From Azolla caroliniana (lineage: Eukaryota > Plantae > Polypodiophyta), in NCBI GenBank assembly GCA_043228905.1, contig JBHGNT010000022.1, positions 11,222,001 to 11,286,000 on the forward strand: a stretch of DNA of 64,000 bases, given 5' to 3'. The position numbers were made by a program, and so were the translations under genes. Below, piece by piece: positions 13,601 through 24,710 of this stretch (position 1 is its first letter; each line of letters starts with the position of its first letter). The notes under the pieces are model-generated. The model was not told where the DNA came from. It made no database searches and saw only the letters and a list, made by a program, of their open reading frames with translations.

Positions 13601-16287
13601 ATAGGTATCTACTTACATTAAGTAGTCAGTTCGAAAGGCTATGTAAGTAGTCTCATTTTCTTGAACTTGATCAGAGGAAGATTCCCTAATTTGTGTATAA
13701 GCCTCCTTGTACAGTCTCTTTGTAATAATCCGTCCTAACTAATGGGGAAGTAGCTTCATTTTGGAAAAAGAAAGAAAGATATTGAAGGTATGTCATAAGG
13801 AAACTCAGATTGGATTGGCACATAAAAAATGTGTTGATCCAATCAAATGTCTCACGTCTCAAAAAGTCGATGCACATCATGCAAATGAAAAGCGAAATTT
13901 TCTAATTTGTCCCCATCATTGTGTGCCTAGGGCATTTCCTCCGAAGTTTTTTTGGAAGTCTTTCTCGTTTTAATTCATTGTTTATGTATTGATGGAACAA
14001 TGAAAATGTCAAGAGTGTATGTGACTTTTCCACATCGAAGTACGCGAAACATTATTGTGGCAAAAGAAAACGCTCCACCTAAAAAAGGAGAAAAGTGTTC
14101 AATTCTTGTTATTGTACTGTAAATCTAGCTTTATGATTACGTTATCAAACTTTAAAACGTACGTACACATTGCATAGAAAGATTAACATGTTGTTGGGTA
14201 TCCAAGTGATGTTAGAGTAACCAATGGACCTTTGGCCTTTTTAAAAATTAAAATTAAAAGTGCAAATAATGTTCCATCAAGTTGCGCATTCACACAAGAG
14301 AAGATGACAAATTTGTATGCTTTGTTAGCATATGAATGATCTATGTGTGTTGATTGACATGTTTGAAAAGAGTTGTTGGTATGCATTGCTTGGAGGGAAG
14401 AAGCATAACATAGCTTCACTATGGTAAGCGTCTCGACTCCTAATATGAACAAGAGAATTGATCCCACTTAATGTTTTCTCCATCTTTACTTTAATGGAAT
14501 CGACGGTTCTTTGGTATACTAAACAAAATCTGGCAAATTTAGATAACATTATTGACATCAACAACTTTTATGCACACTAATTAAAAGGAAACAAATTGTA
14601 TCATATTATACAATAGTTATAAACAAGGAATTTACTATAAAGGTCTAGTTATAACATCCGATGTTAGAATTTAGGCATAAACAAATTGGTTATCACCGTC
14701 ACTAGGGATTCTTGATCATCATTGGAAAATGCTTGGAATAATCAATGTTAAAGGAGTTGGTTAGGCTTTCTCCTCCATCTCTAGTATTTTGTTTGTCATG
14801 AACCCGTTGTCATTAAAGCATTTAGCTCATAACTCAAAGAACCAATCAATCTTCATGACATGTGATAAGCAACTTTGTAGATGATTTTGGATCACATGTT
14901 CTAAAACTATGGAGAAAGTGTTCAATGTTTTAACAAGCCATTTCATTATAACGTCATCACAACATTTACGCGTCCACAAAAGGTTAAGATTAAATTCATG
15001 TCACTTTTGGCAAAAACATTTATAGTGGAATAGTCGAAAATGCATTATAGTTGCATGAAAATTTGATTTAGGAAATGTCACTAGTATTTGTTATAAGCTT
15101 GAACTTAACATTATAATTAGAAAACGTTTGCATCCAATATATTGATAATGTGTGTGAGTGTACTAATATATCAATCTTGATATTGGAGAATGGTGTGAAG
15201 GAGCTAATAAACCACGTTGACCGACGACCAAGATAAATGTTATATAGAATTATATTAAAATAAATGCTTTAAAGCACACATATCCATAATCATACATTCG
15301 TGAGCAAATCCATAATTAATTTGGGCACATAAAACATTTAGACTAACATCTAACACATATTTTTCTATGTCAATGATGAACTTTATGTTTATGTTGGGCG
15401 TTATTTTTCGTATATGAACGTGAAAGTTACCAATAATCTCATGTTGTTTTAGTGCTTTTACAATAACAATTTTAGTGCATGTGTAATCGCTCAATATAAA
15501 CTAAAAATTGCAACCAACCATGAGATTCATGTATATTTAATTTGTCTTGGTTGTAAATTTCAGTGTTTTTCTTTACCCATATAAAGTTGTACTCCATGTT
15601 GTACATGATCAATTCTCTAATTTACGTTACTCTTATAACAATGAACATAATGTCTTGTCAAAAACTAAAAAGTCATGAGAACAACTTTTGTCTTCCTTTC
15701 TAAGAGAACATATACATGAAATGTATGAATGATTCTCTTCTATATAACTTCTATTTATTAAGATGCAAGTTTTTCCTATCCAGGTATCGAACGGTTTCAT
15801 GGGACTTGAGCTAGTGTGAACTTTTGTATTTATTTTCATTTACAATATGATCACAATAGACTATGTAAAAATATATCAAGAATCCCATGAATCCAAATAA
15901 TTAAGTTCTTGGAACTTTTGGACACATATAGTTTGATTGACCAATCTTCAAATAATGTTATGCATATTTTGAACTTCTTGCACCATATTTTTGGTTGATG
16001 AAGAAATGAGCACATGGAACCATACATTTGGTGGCCTTTTGAAGTTATTCGCCCAACACAAATCTTGGATTGAAAACAACAAGTACAACTTCTTTGAGCA
16101 AGTAATAAAGCATGCAATCATGCATGTATCTAGGACTAAAAGGGAAGCTCTTTGCATGAAACAAGGATATTACCTATCTAGAATGGGTGTGTTCTCTTAT
16201 GGAGACCTTCAAAAGGACTTCTCTTGCATCCAATTGTTGTGACGGAGGTTAGTACGAGTGATTAGATCAATTGAATATTTGATAACA

Positions 16288-16757
16288 GTAGGAAGAAACA
16301 AAACAAGACCTAGCAATATTGCTTTTGGATTTTGAGAAAACTTATGACAAAGTCGATTGGAACTTTTTATGTGAGGTTATGGGTCGTATAGGTATTCCAG
16401 GTGATTATATTAAGGTTGTTTTTGCCTTATATACTTCAGCATCTAGTCAAGTTCTTGTTGGTGGAGCACTATGTAATAATTTTCCGATTACTAGATCCGT
16501 GAGACAAGGATGTCCTTTGGCTCCATATTTATTTCTATTCGTAGGAGAAGCCTTTAGTGCATTCTTGTATAAGAATAAGTCATCTATTAAGGGTATACAG
16601 TGGCCAGGTCTAGAGGAGGTTGTGTTAGATTGTGAATTTGCAAATGACACAACATTGTATGTTGTAGGAGATGACAAAAATCTTTGTAATGTGCAAAATG
16701 TGATCCAAGATTTCTGTGATGCTTCAGGTGCCATTATTAATTGGCACAAGTTAGCGG
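16288..16757 (+). mobile_element. 5'-truncated L1/Tx1-like LINE, RT core (left part, interrupted by LTR element)
   Basis: LLLDFEKTYDKVDW, SVRQGCPLAPYLF, EFANDTTLY (FADD mutated), ASGAIINWHK; reading frame resumes at 29716. Confidence 0.9.
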
Positions 16758-17432
16758 TGTCGTGGAGAAAATCGTCCCTAGGTGGAAATCGAGTATAACG
16801 TGCGTAAACCGGCCCTTACACGTGGGCACAAGTTTTGTTGTATAGTACACAGATAGGTACAAGTCGGGTGAGGTGAAATCCTAGGTAGCACGCATTTATT
16901 AGGAGAAAATTGAGGCGTATCCCTGTCCGAAAGGACAGAGAATAAACATGATGTAATGGGTGGTAACGACCTCCCTCCTTGGGTTATAAAAGAGAGGGAG
17001 AAGTGAGACCAAAGGTATCGCGTTTTTGTGAAGGACGAAGTGCTGCCGGACTGGAACCGAGCGCTTCTCCTCTCCTTTATCGTCTCCTTAATCGTTCTGT
17101 GCAGGTTTTGGGAGGCTGACTCTGCTCCACGGGACGCCCGAGTGCTCTCGGCAGAGCCTCCATCTCGCGTCCTGTGTGTGTGTGTGCGCAGGCGTCGGAG
17201 CCCATCACTCGCCAACTTGCCGGTTGTAACACCTTGATTTATATATACATAAACATTCATTCTGTCTCCATCTCGTGTTCTATAGCTGGTTGCAATTCCT
17301 GTGATTCTGTGGGTCCGTGCGCGTGTGAATTACATCGTTATTTTCCTTCCCCTCCCCTCATACGGTTATTTCTCGGTCCGAGGCCCCGATGGTCCTGCCT
17401 CGTTCTCCACGCACGTGCGTAACAACGCGACA
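16758..17432 (+). repeat. 5' LTR of outer Ty3/gypsy element
   Basis: TGTCGTGG...CGCGACA; its distal part is repeated at 21351-21396 and 29235-29711. Confidence 0.92.
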
Positions 17433-17436
17433 TATT

Positions 17437-17454
17437 TGGTGAACCCGACGTGAA
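17437..17454 (+). promoter_or_regulatory. Primer-binding site complementary to tRNA-Trp 3' end
   Basis: TGGTGAACCCGACGTGAA is the reverse complement of the plant tRNA-Trp end TTCACGTCGGGTTCACCA. Confidence 0.88.
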
Positions 17455-17503
17455 TAGGCGGCAGAGGAATAGAAAGATGAGAGGGTAAGATCTTGCAGAA
17501 GCC

Positions 17504-20500
17504 ATGGCTTCGACTGTGGATCAGATAGTGAGTGCACGCGAAGGCACAGGCGCCCTCGATAGGGCTATTGAAGCGGTTGTTGGCACGATTGGCCGGTTAG
17601 GTGGGAAGGACGCCACGAGCTATTTGGAGGCCTACCGAGCTGAAATGGTGATGAGGGACATCCCGGAGGACATGCGACTGGTCGGATTCCCTCGGGTGGC
17701 GATGCCGGGCATCCACGCGGAGGTGCTTGAGAAACGGGCTGAGAGTCCGACTTGGGAAGAGTTTGAAGGTCGGCTCCTTGAAAATACGGGCTTGATGACG
17801 CGCTTCGACTGTCGAAGCAAGACTTCATGGAATGGGTGGAGACCCCCGAAAAGGGGAGAAACGCGTGGGTGCTCCTTCAGGAGTTTGAAGAACGCTTTGC
17901 ACGACTTTCGGCGTTGGACCGGACCGTGCTGGACACGAGTCATGTCCTATTGTTCGTTAAATCGGTGGACGCAAGGGACTGGGAGCAAGTGGGCTTCTTA
18001 CTGGAGATCGATGACGGCCTAACAACCGACTGGGCCATGGTAAAGAGAGTCTGTGGCCGTTTTGACAAACGGCGTGAGTAGGTCGATAAAGGCTTCACGG
18101 GGGCGGGTTTTGTTGTGACAAGGAAGGTGGAGGTACCCCCACCGGCGCGAAGGGAAGAGACCCGAGACCGGCTCGGCTCGACTTCGACCGGTATGGTCAA
18201 AGGTTCGTCCGGAGGAGCGGCTCTGGAGGAGCTAACTCAGATGGTGAGGGACCTCCAGATCGCACAAGCACGGAGGGACGGCGGCGAACAAGTCCGTGAC
18301 CGAAGGCCTCCGGCTGGGAGCCGGTGCTTGTGGTGTGACACAGACGGCCATGCCCGAAAGGACTGCGAGGACTTCGCCAAAGCGATAAGAGCTAATGTGG
18401 TGTACCTGTGGAATGGTTGGGTGCACGCTAGAGAGACCCGGAGGGCCCTGGATTTGAATGTTGGACGAGGGGGTATGAAACGGCTGATGGAAGAAGCGAC
18501 AGCTCGTCACGTGGAGACCGTCCACTACTCGGCGTCGGCTGGAATCCGGGTCGGAAGCAATGAAGACTGGAAGATGAAGGAAGCCGGATTCTGGCCGGTG
18601 ATGTTGGAAGGCCTCGCCGGTGTAAGGCTGAAGAAAGAGGAAGCGAACCGCGCGGAAAGACGGGTTCGGGAGGTAACCGGGTGGAGTGACCCGGTCGAAG
18701 AGAAGACGGGCTTCGTGGAAGCCGCGTGCCAGAACTATGAGGTTCTGGTGGAAGACAAGCGAGCGGGAAAGACCGGGGGGGCCGGACCCTCACAACGGTA
18801 TGAGACCCGGTTCGGGCCGAAGCAGAGTGATGTCGGTGCATCCAACGCACCGGACAAGGCCAAGAAGGCTGATTATCGGTTGAGCACGGACATCGAAAGG
18901 TCCTGGAGGAACGGATCCTCGACAACAAAGTGGAGCTGTCGCTGAGGGAAGTGCTCGGTATCGCCAAGAAGGAGTTCCACGACTCCATCGTAGACTTGGT
19001 GAAGCGGAAAAGGTTTTCAATGGAGCCGGAGCCGGAGAAGCCGGTGGAGGTGCAAACGACGCACCTAGAAGACATGGCCCTGGACGACGAATTGGCGGAA
19101 ATCCACTACTCGAGGCTACACTGGGCTAGGGCCACTACGGAAACCCCTGTTCGGATCGGGGACGTCCACGAGCCAGTGGTGGCATTGGTAGACCACGGTT
19201 CGGAGATCAACTTGATGTCCATGGACTTCAAGAAGGGAAAGTGGCCGATCAACACCAAGCACGGGTGGAAGATACGGGCAACAACGCGCGCCACGGAGGA
19301 GCTACACGGAGCTTGCCCGAATGTACGAGTGAAAATCGACGATGTCGAGATCGACCAACACTTCTTCGTGCAGGAGACGTCCTCGCATCCGGTGATACTC
19401 GGAGAACCATACATAACGGCAACGCGCATGGAGACAAAGGTGCTGGACAACGGTTCGGCATATGCACGAGTCAAGAGCCAGGATGGGCGTCACTCGGTCC
19501 AGTTCCTGACGGTGCGACCAAACCATGAGCGTAGCCGCGAGACCCTCGGTGCCGAAAACCGAGGGGATGTTTAGAGAGGGCTATCAAGGCGCGGGGCTGC
19601 AATAGTCCGGACACCCCGGAAAAACCCCAAAGACCTATACCATAGGTAGAAAATTTTGGTTCTCCAATAGCGGAGGTTGTACGATAGCCAACGTAGTTGG
19701 CCGGGAAAAGAAGCGGGCGGAGGAGCAACTTCGGGCATGGGGAGTCCTCGGCCCTGAAGAGGAAATCAACAGAGCCGTGGAGGCGGTTTCTTTCGACGAC
19801 ACCTTGGGGAAGTTACGGGAGGTGTTCGGAGAAGCCCTTAATGAGGACCGGATGATTCCGGTATGTTCGGAAAAGATGTACGAAGTCATCGCCGACTTCG
19901 GTAGTGGACTTGAGTTGGATCGGACGGCTCGAGTGGATACGAAGTACAAGACTGTGGACCGGAATGTGAGGCCATTCGTGGCACCCTTGCCGGAGGGTAG
20001 TGAGTTACGGATAAAGGGGGTTGTGTCGGACCCAAGTTTACGAGATCCGGCTGGCATAGGACACACGTTCATCGACGTAACGCTACGGGAGCTCAAGATC
20101 GGTGGGGGTGGCTTACTACTACCGGCAGAAGAGGACCGGTTTCGGAGAATGCTCGGGAGGCATGGGAAGGCTTTCGCATTCTCACCGGAGGAGATCGGGT
20201 GCGTAGACCCGAAGGTTGTGGAACCAATGGTGATCTTCACGGTATCGCATGTACCGTGGAGTCTCAAACCGATTCCGGTACCCAGAGCTCACATCTTGAA
20301 GCTGATGGAACTGCTGAAACAGAAGGTGGAGATGGGCATCCTCGAACAATTGAGTGCCCCATATTCGAATCGGTGGTTTACTGTGCCGAAGAAGAACGGC
20401 ACACTGCGCTTCATACAAGACCTACAACCGGTCAACAAGGTGACCATTCGAAACGCAGGTATCGGACCGACCATCGATGAGTTCGCTGAGGCTTTCGCAG

Positions 20501-21350
20501 GGAGGTCGAACTACTCGGTCGGGGACCTGTACTCAGGCTACGATAAGTCCCAGCAAGTCGTAGAGAGCAAGGATGTCACGATGATGCGGACTCCTCTCGG
20601 CCTAGTTCGGATGTGTACCCTGCCGTTTCTGGACGACATCCCGATCAAAGGATGTCCGATGGAGGACAAGGACGAGTCGGTCGGGCCCAATGATTGTCGG
20701 AGGCGTACGGTTCCCGATCCGGTTCGGGGCGAAGGTATTGAGCGAGCAGCAGCGAGGATACGCCCAAGTCAAGCGCGAGTTGTGGGGTATCGTTTCGGTA
20801 GTCAAGGCTGACAAGGACTATCTGATCGGAACGGAAGTGATCATTGAGACAGATTGCCTACTGATTCTAGGTATGGTCTTCGGATGCGCGACTCCGGACC
20901 TCGCGATGCTCAGGTGGATCGCGTACATCAAGTCCCTGAACCTGGAGATACGACACATCTCCGGGAAAGATAATGTCATGGCTGATATGCTTTCAAGGGT
21001 GCGGTTCAGTGACGAGGACAACATGGTTTCGGATAACGAGGAAGTCGGCGAGGATTTCTTCGGGTCAGCCAACGTAACAACAAGAAAGGGGAGCACTCCA
21101 GTGCTTAACGAATTCGACGAGAGCAAGTACGACGGGGAGTGGCTCCAGATCGGCGGGTTCCTAAAGGCAACGACACCGGACGTGGCATGGACGAAGGAAG
21201 AGGCCAACCAGATTCGGAAGAAAGCGTACCGATTCTTTCTACGGGACGGGAGCATATAGAAGCACCCGTAGAAGAGAGATGGCATCCCGCTCTGAGTGGT
21301 GGCGAAGAAAGAGGAACATGAAGAATTGCTAACAGCGTACCACGAGAGTC
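17504..21350 (+). pseudogene. Disrupted gag-protease and pol of the outer element
   Basis: ORF pieces 17504-18022, 17827-18081, 18115-18945, 18930-19574, 19777-20811 and 20690-21259 are collinear with the inner element's proteins; stops, frameshifts and three deletions. Confidence 0.9.
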
Positions 21351-21396
21351 CCTGGGTTATAAAAGAGAGGGAGAAGTGAGACCAAAGGTATCGCGT

Positions 21397-22389
21397 TGTC
21401 GTGAAGATTTTCGGCAATAGTGTGAAAATCCCATAAAACGTACAAAATCGAGTATGAATCATGTAATACAATAATTGTGAAGATAACATTTTTAATATCT
21501 AAGTACAAAATGATGGAGGTTTCGAATGCACTTTATTACACAAGAAATGGACAACTAAATGTCAAGATATGAGGGTATAAAGTTTGTGAAAAGAAAAGAG
21601 AAAATTGTGAGATATCCCATATAGGCACGACAAATACGGCTCTTATCATATATAAGGTGGAGCAAAAGATATTATTTTTGTGTCTATGTGTGGAGCATAG
21701 AGAGTTCAAGGTAACTTGAACTTAGAGTGGAGGTGGCTAGCTACTCCAAAAGGGTTTTGGCCAACCAAAACCGGACCGGCGATGGAGTCGGTGATCCGAC
21801 GACATCCGACCGCAATCCGGCGGCGGCGTCGGCATCCGGCGGCGGCACCGGTATCCGGCGACGACATCCGGCGAACCGGCGACTAGATAAAATAAATATA
21901 TAAAAATATATACATATACAAGGAGGGCAAGTATGGATTCGAACCTTGCACCTCCAAGTTAGGAGTCAAATGGCTTACCATTAAGCCATAGTATTTAGTT
22001 GAAATTATATTTCTATCATTGTACTTTTACATGTAAATTCTCATCCATGAGTGCTAAAATGAGTGACATGGTTAGCATGCACCACATGTAATACTTAAGC
22101 GCCAAATGGCAAACATGCAATTTATGCATGTCTTGTACCCTCACATGCATCATATGCATGAGAGCATCTATAAAAGAGGGAAGGGGGAGGAGAAAAGCAC
22201 GGTTTTTTTTTATGAAAATTAAGAAGAAGAAATTCGTTATCAAATCAATCGTGTAATCTCATCTTCTCTCTTTCCCAATCTATCTTAAGTACTTTCTCGC
22301 CAAAGCTTGTATCGACTCTAAATCCTTCCGGTCCAGAACCCCGGCGGTTCCGCCTCACGATCCGCGCGTAGTGACGGATCTTCATGACA
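21397..22389 (+). repeat. 5' LTR of inner element
   Basis: Direct repeat of 28213-29234. Confidence 0.95.
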
Positions 22390-22456
22390 TAATAAAGTGG
22401 TGAACCCGACGTGAAAGAGGCGGTAGGAAGGATCAAGTCGAGATTAATACTTGGAG

Positions 22457-24655
22457 ATGGCGTCCTCAAGCAACCAAGCAGGAGAGCTCGAAAGGATGAT
22501 GCTAATCGTCGAGCAAATGATGAGATCTCGGGACAACGACGCGAGCGTGGAGAAGGCTGTCGATCGTGTCGTAGAGCTCGAGGGCCAATTCGATGGAAGG
22601 AACGTTACGAAGTTCCTTGATGCATATAAGAGGGAGATGAATCAAAGGGACGTGTCCGAGGCACGTCAAATTGCAAGCTTCAAGAGAGTTGTCGCCAACA
22701 ACATCCAAAGACGCGTCATCGAGCTTCAAGAAGGAAAGACAACATGGTCCGAGTTTGAGAAAACGATACTAGCGGAGTTCGTGACTGAAGACTCAACGAG
22801 GATGACTCGACATGCCCTGATGAAGTGGATAGAGAAGAAGAATAAGAAGATGAGCGTCTCGAGGGTGTACGACGAATTCGAGCAGATGTTTAGTCGTCTC
22901 CCCAATACGGACCAAGTGTTGCTTGAAGAGGACAAGACTTTGTACTTCTTGAAGGCCGTGGACATAAAGAATAGACGGGAGTTGGGGACTCTTCTCGAAG
23001 ATGATACCCAAGCAAATGGGCTCGTAGCGGACTGGATCGCGGTGAAGCAGGCATGCAATAGGCTCAACAAGCGTCGCCAATGGGTTGATGACACCGACTT
23101 GACGGGACCGACTACCACAGAGAAAGCAAGTCCGCCGAAAGTAGCTGAGCCGCCAAGACAAAGTAACGTGGAAGAAAAGAAGATTGATGACGACATCATT
23201 GAAGAGCTAGCGAAGAAGTTCGAGAAGGTCACTCTAGCCAACATGAATCGTCGGGGCCCTAAAGGAAAAGAACCCTTTAGATGCGTGTGGTGCGATAGCA
23301 TGGACCACATGAGAAGGGATTGTGCGAGCCTTCGAGAGGCGATTCAACAAAATATCGTATACATAGAGGACAACATGATCTGCTCAAGCGAGACTAGAAG
23401 ACCCCTACGGGTGAATTTCGGAAGAGGAGGAATGAAGAGATCTATGGAGGATGCCGATGCGACTCATGTGGATGCGATGCACTATGCTGCGTCGGCCGGA
23501 ATAAGAGTCGGGAAAGACAAGACTGAAGCTGCTAGAGCGGGAGCAAAGTTTTGGACTTCCGTTCTCGAATATGAGAAGAAGGGAAAAATCACATCGAACG
23601 AGGTAGAGCTTGCGGACCGAAGCGTGCAAAGCATAACCGGGTGGTCGGATCCGGTGGACGACAACACCACACTCGCAGAGGTGATGTGCGACAACCACGA
23701 GGTGTTCGTCGAAGAAAAGAGAAAGAGAATAGAAGAGCAAGGGCCATCAAAAAGACAGGAAACAAGGAACGCGAAAAAGAAGGACGATGCGGAGACGAGT
23801 CGACCTTTACAAACGGAGGAACGAGAATCAAGCCGAAAAGGGGAGCCGAGCATACGAGTTGAAGAAACGGTTCGGCCCGTGAAGGTTGGTGTCCAAGACC
23901 CCACTCGGAGGACAAGGACCATACCTACCTATAAGCTAAGGTCGGACATAGAGCAGATGACGGACCTAAAGAAGATTCTCGAAGAACGAGTTCTTGATAG
24001 CCACGTAACTTTGTCCTTGAGGGAATTGCTTGGCATTACGAAGAAGGAGTTCCATGACACGATCGTGGACCTTGTAAAGAGAAAGAGACAACAATCGGAC
24101 GAGGAAGAAGAGAAGCCGCAGAAAGCAAAAACGAATGCCATAACGATGGCAAGAGACGAAATCGATGAAGATATGGTGGACAACCACTACACTCAACCTC
24201 ATTGGGCACGAGTGACAACGGAGACGCCGGTGAAGATCGGGGAGAAGAAAGAGACCGTCGTAGCCTTGATCGACCACGGCTCGGAGATCAACCTCATGTC
24301 AACCGACTTCTACAAAAAGGGAAGATGGCCAATCAATACAAACCACGGATGGAAGATTCACGCGGCAACAAAGTCTACGGAGGACTTGTACGGAGCTTGT
24401 CCCAATGTCAAAGTCACGATCGGGGATGTGGAGATGGATCAACACTTCTTCGTACAAGAATCAGCGTCGCATCCTGTCATCCTAGGGCAACCTTATATCA
24501 CATCATCTCGGATGGAGACCAAAGTGTTCGATAATGGAGCAGCCTTCGCACGAATAAAGAGTCTTGACAACCAAAGATCGGTCCAATTCCTAACAGTGCG
24601 AGCTAATCATGAAAGGAATCGAGATAGTCTCGGAGGCGAATCCTCGGATTTTTAG
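22457..24655 (+). CDS. Gag-protease polyprotein (ORF1) of inner element
   Basis: Uninterrupted ORF from ATG 22457; zinc knuckle CVWCDSMDHMRRDC; aspartic protease LIDHGSEIN...VILGQPY. Confidence 0.92.
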   Translation: MASSSNQAGELERMMLIVEQMMRSRDNDASVEKAVDRVVELEGQFDGRNVTKFLDAYKREMNQRDVSEARQIASFKRVVANNIQRRVIELQEGKTTWSEFEKTILAEFVTEDSTRMTRHALMKWIEKKNKKMSVSRVYDEFEQMFSRLPNTDQVLLEEDKTLYFLKAVDIKNRRELGTLLEDDTQANGLVADWIAVKQACNRLNKRRQWVDDTDLTGPTTTEKASPPKVAEPPRQSNVEEKKIDDDIIEELAKKFEKVTLANMNRRGPKGKEPFRCVWCDSMDHMRRDCASLREAIQQNIVYIEDNMICSSETRRPLRVNFGRGGMKRSMEDADATHVDAMHYAASAGIRVGKDKTEAARAGAKFWTSVLEYEKKGKITSNEVELADRSVQSITGWSDPVDDNTTLAEVMCDNHEVFVEEKRKRIEEQGPSKRQETRNAKKKDDAETSRPLQTEERESSRKGEPSIRVEETVRPVKVGVQDPTRRTRTIPTYKLRSDIEQMTDLKKILEERVLDSHVTLSLRELLGITKKEFHDTIVDLVKRKRQQSDEEEEKPQKAKTNAITMARDEIDEDMVDNHYTQPHWARVTTETPVKIGEKKETVVALIDHGSEINLMSTDFYKKGRWPINTNHGWKIHAATKSTEDLYGACPNVKVTIGDVEMDQHFFVQESASHPVILGQPYITSSRMETKVFDNGAAFARIKSLDNQRSVQFLTVRANHERNRDSLGGESSDF

Positions 24656-24710
24656 AGCGGACTATTGAAGCATGGGGCACAAATAGTCCGAGCAATCACA
24701 AGACCCCACA
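24646..24710 (+). promoter_or_regulatory. Putative -1 ribosomal frameshift signal (slippery heptamer plus pseudoknot)
   Basis: G GAT TTT TAG at the ORF1 stop; 5 nt after the heptamer a stem CGGACTATT/AATAGTCCG with loop TGGGG able to pair with downstream CCCCA; the -1 frame is open into pol. Confidence 0.75.

Noticed and set aside
11000-16280. Possible ancient transposon coding remnants in AT-rich DNA outside the LINE fragment (also 31900-33700)
   Set aside because: No motif recognisable by eye; needs a translated search against TE libraries.
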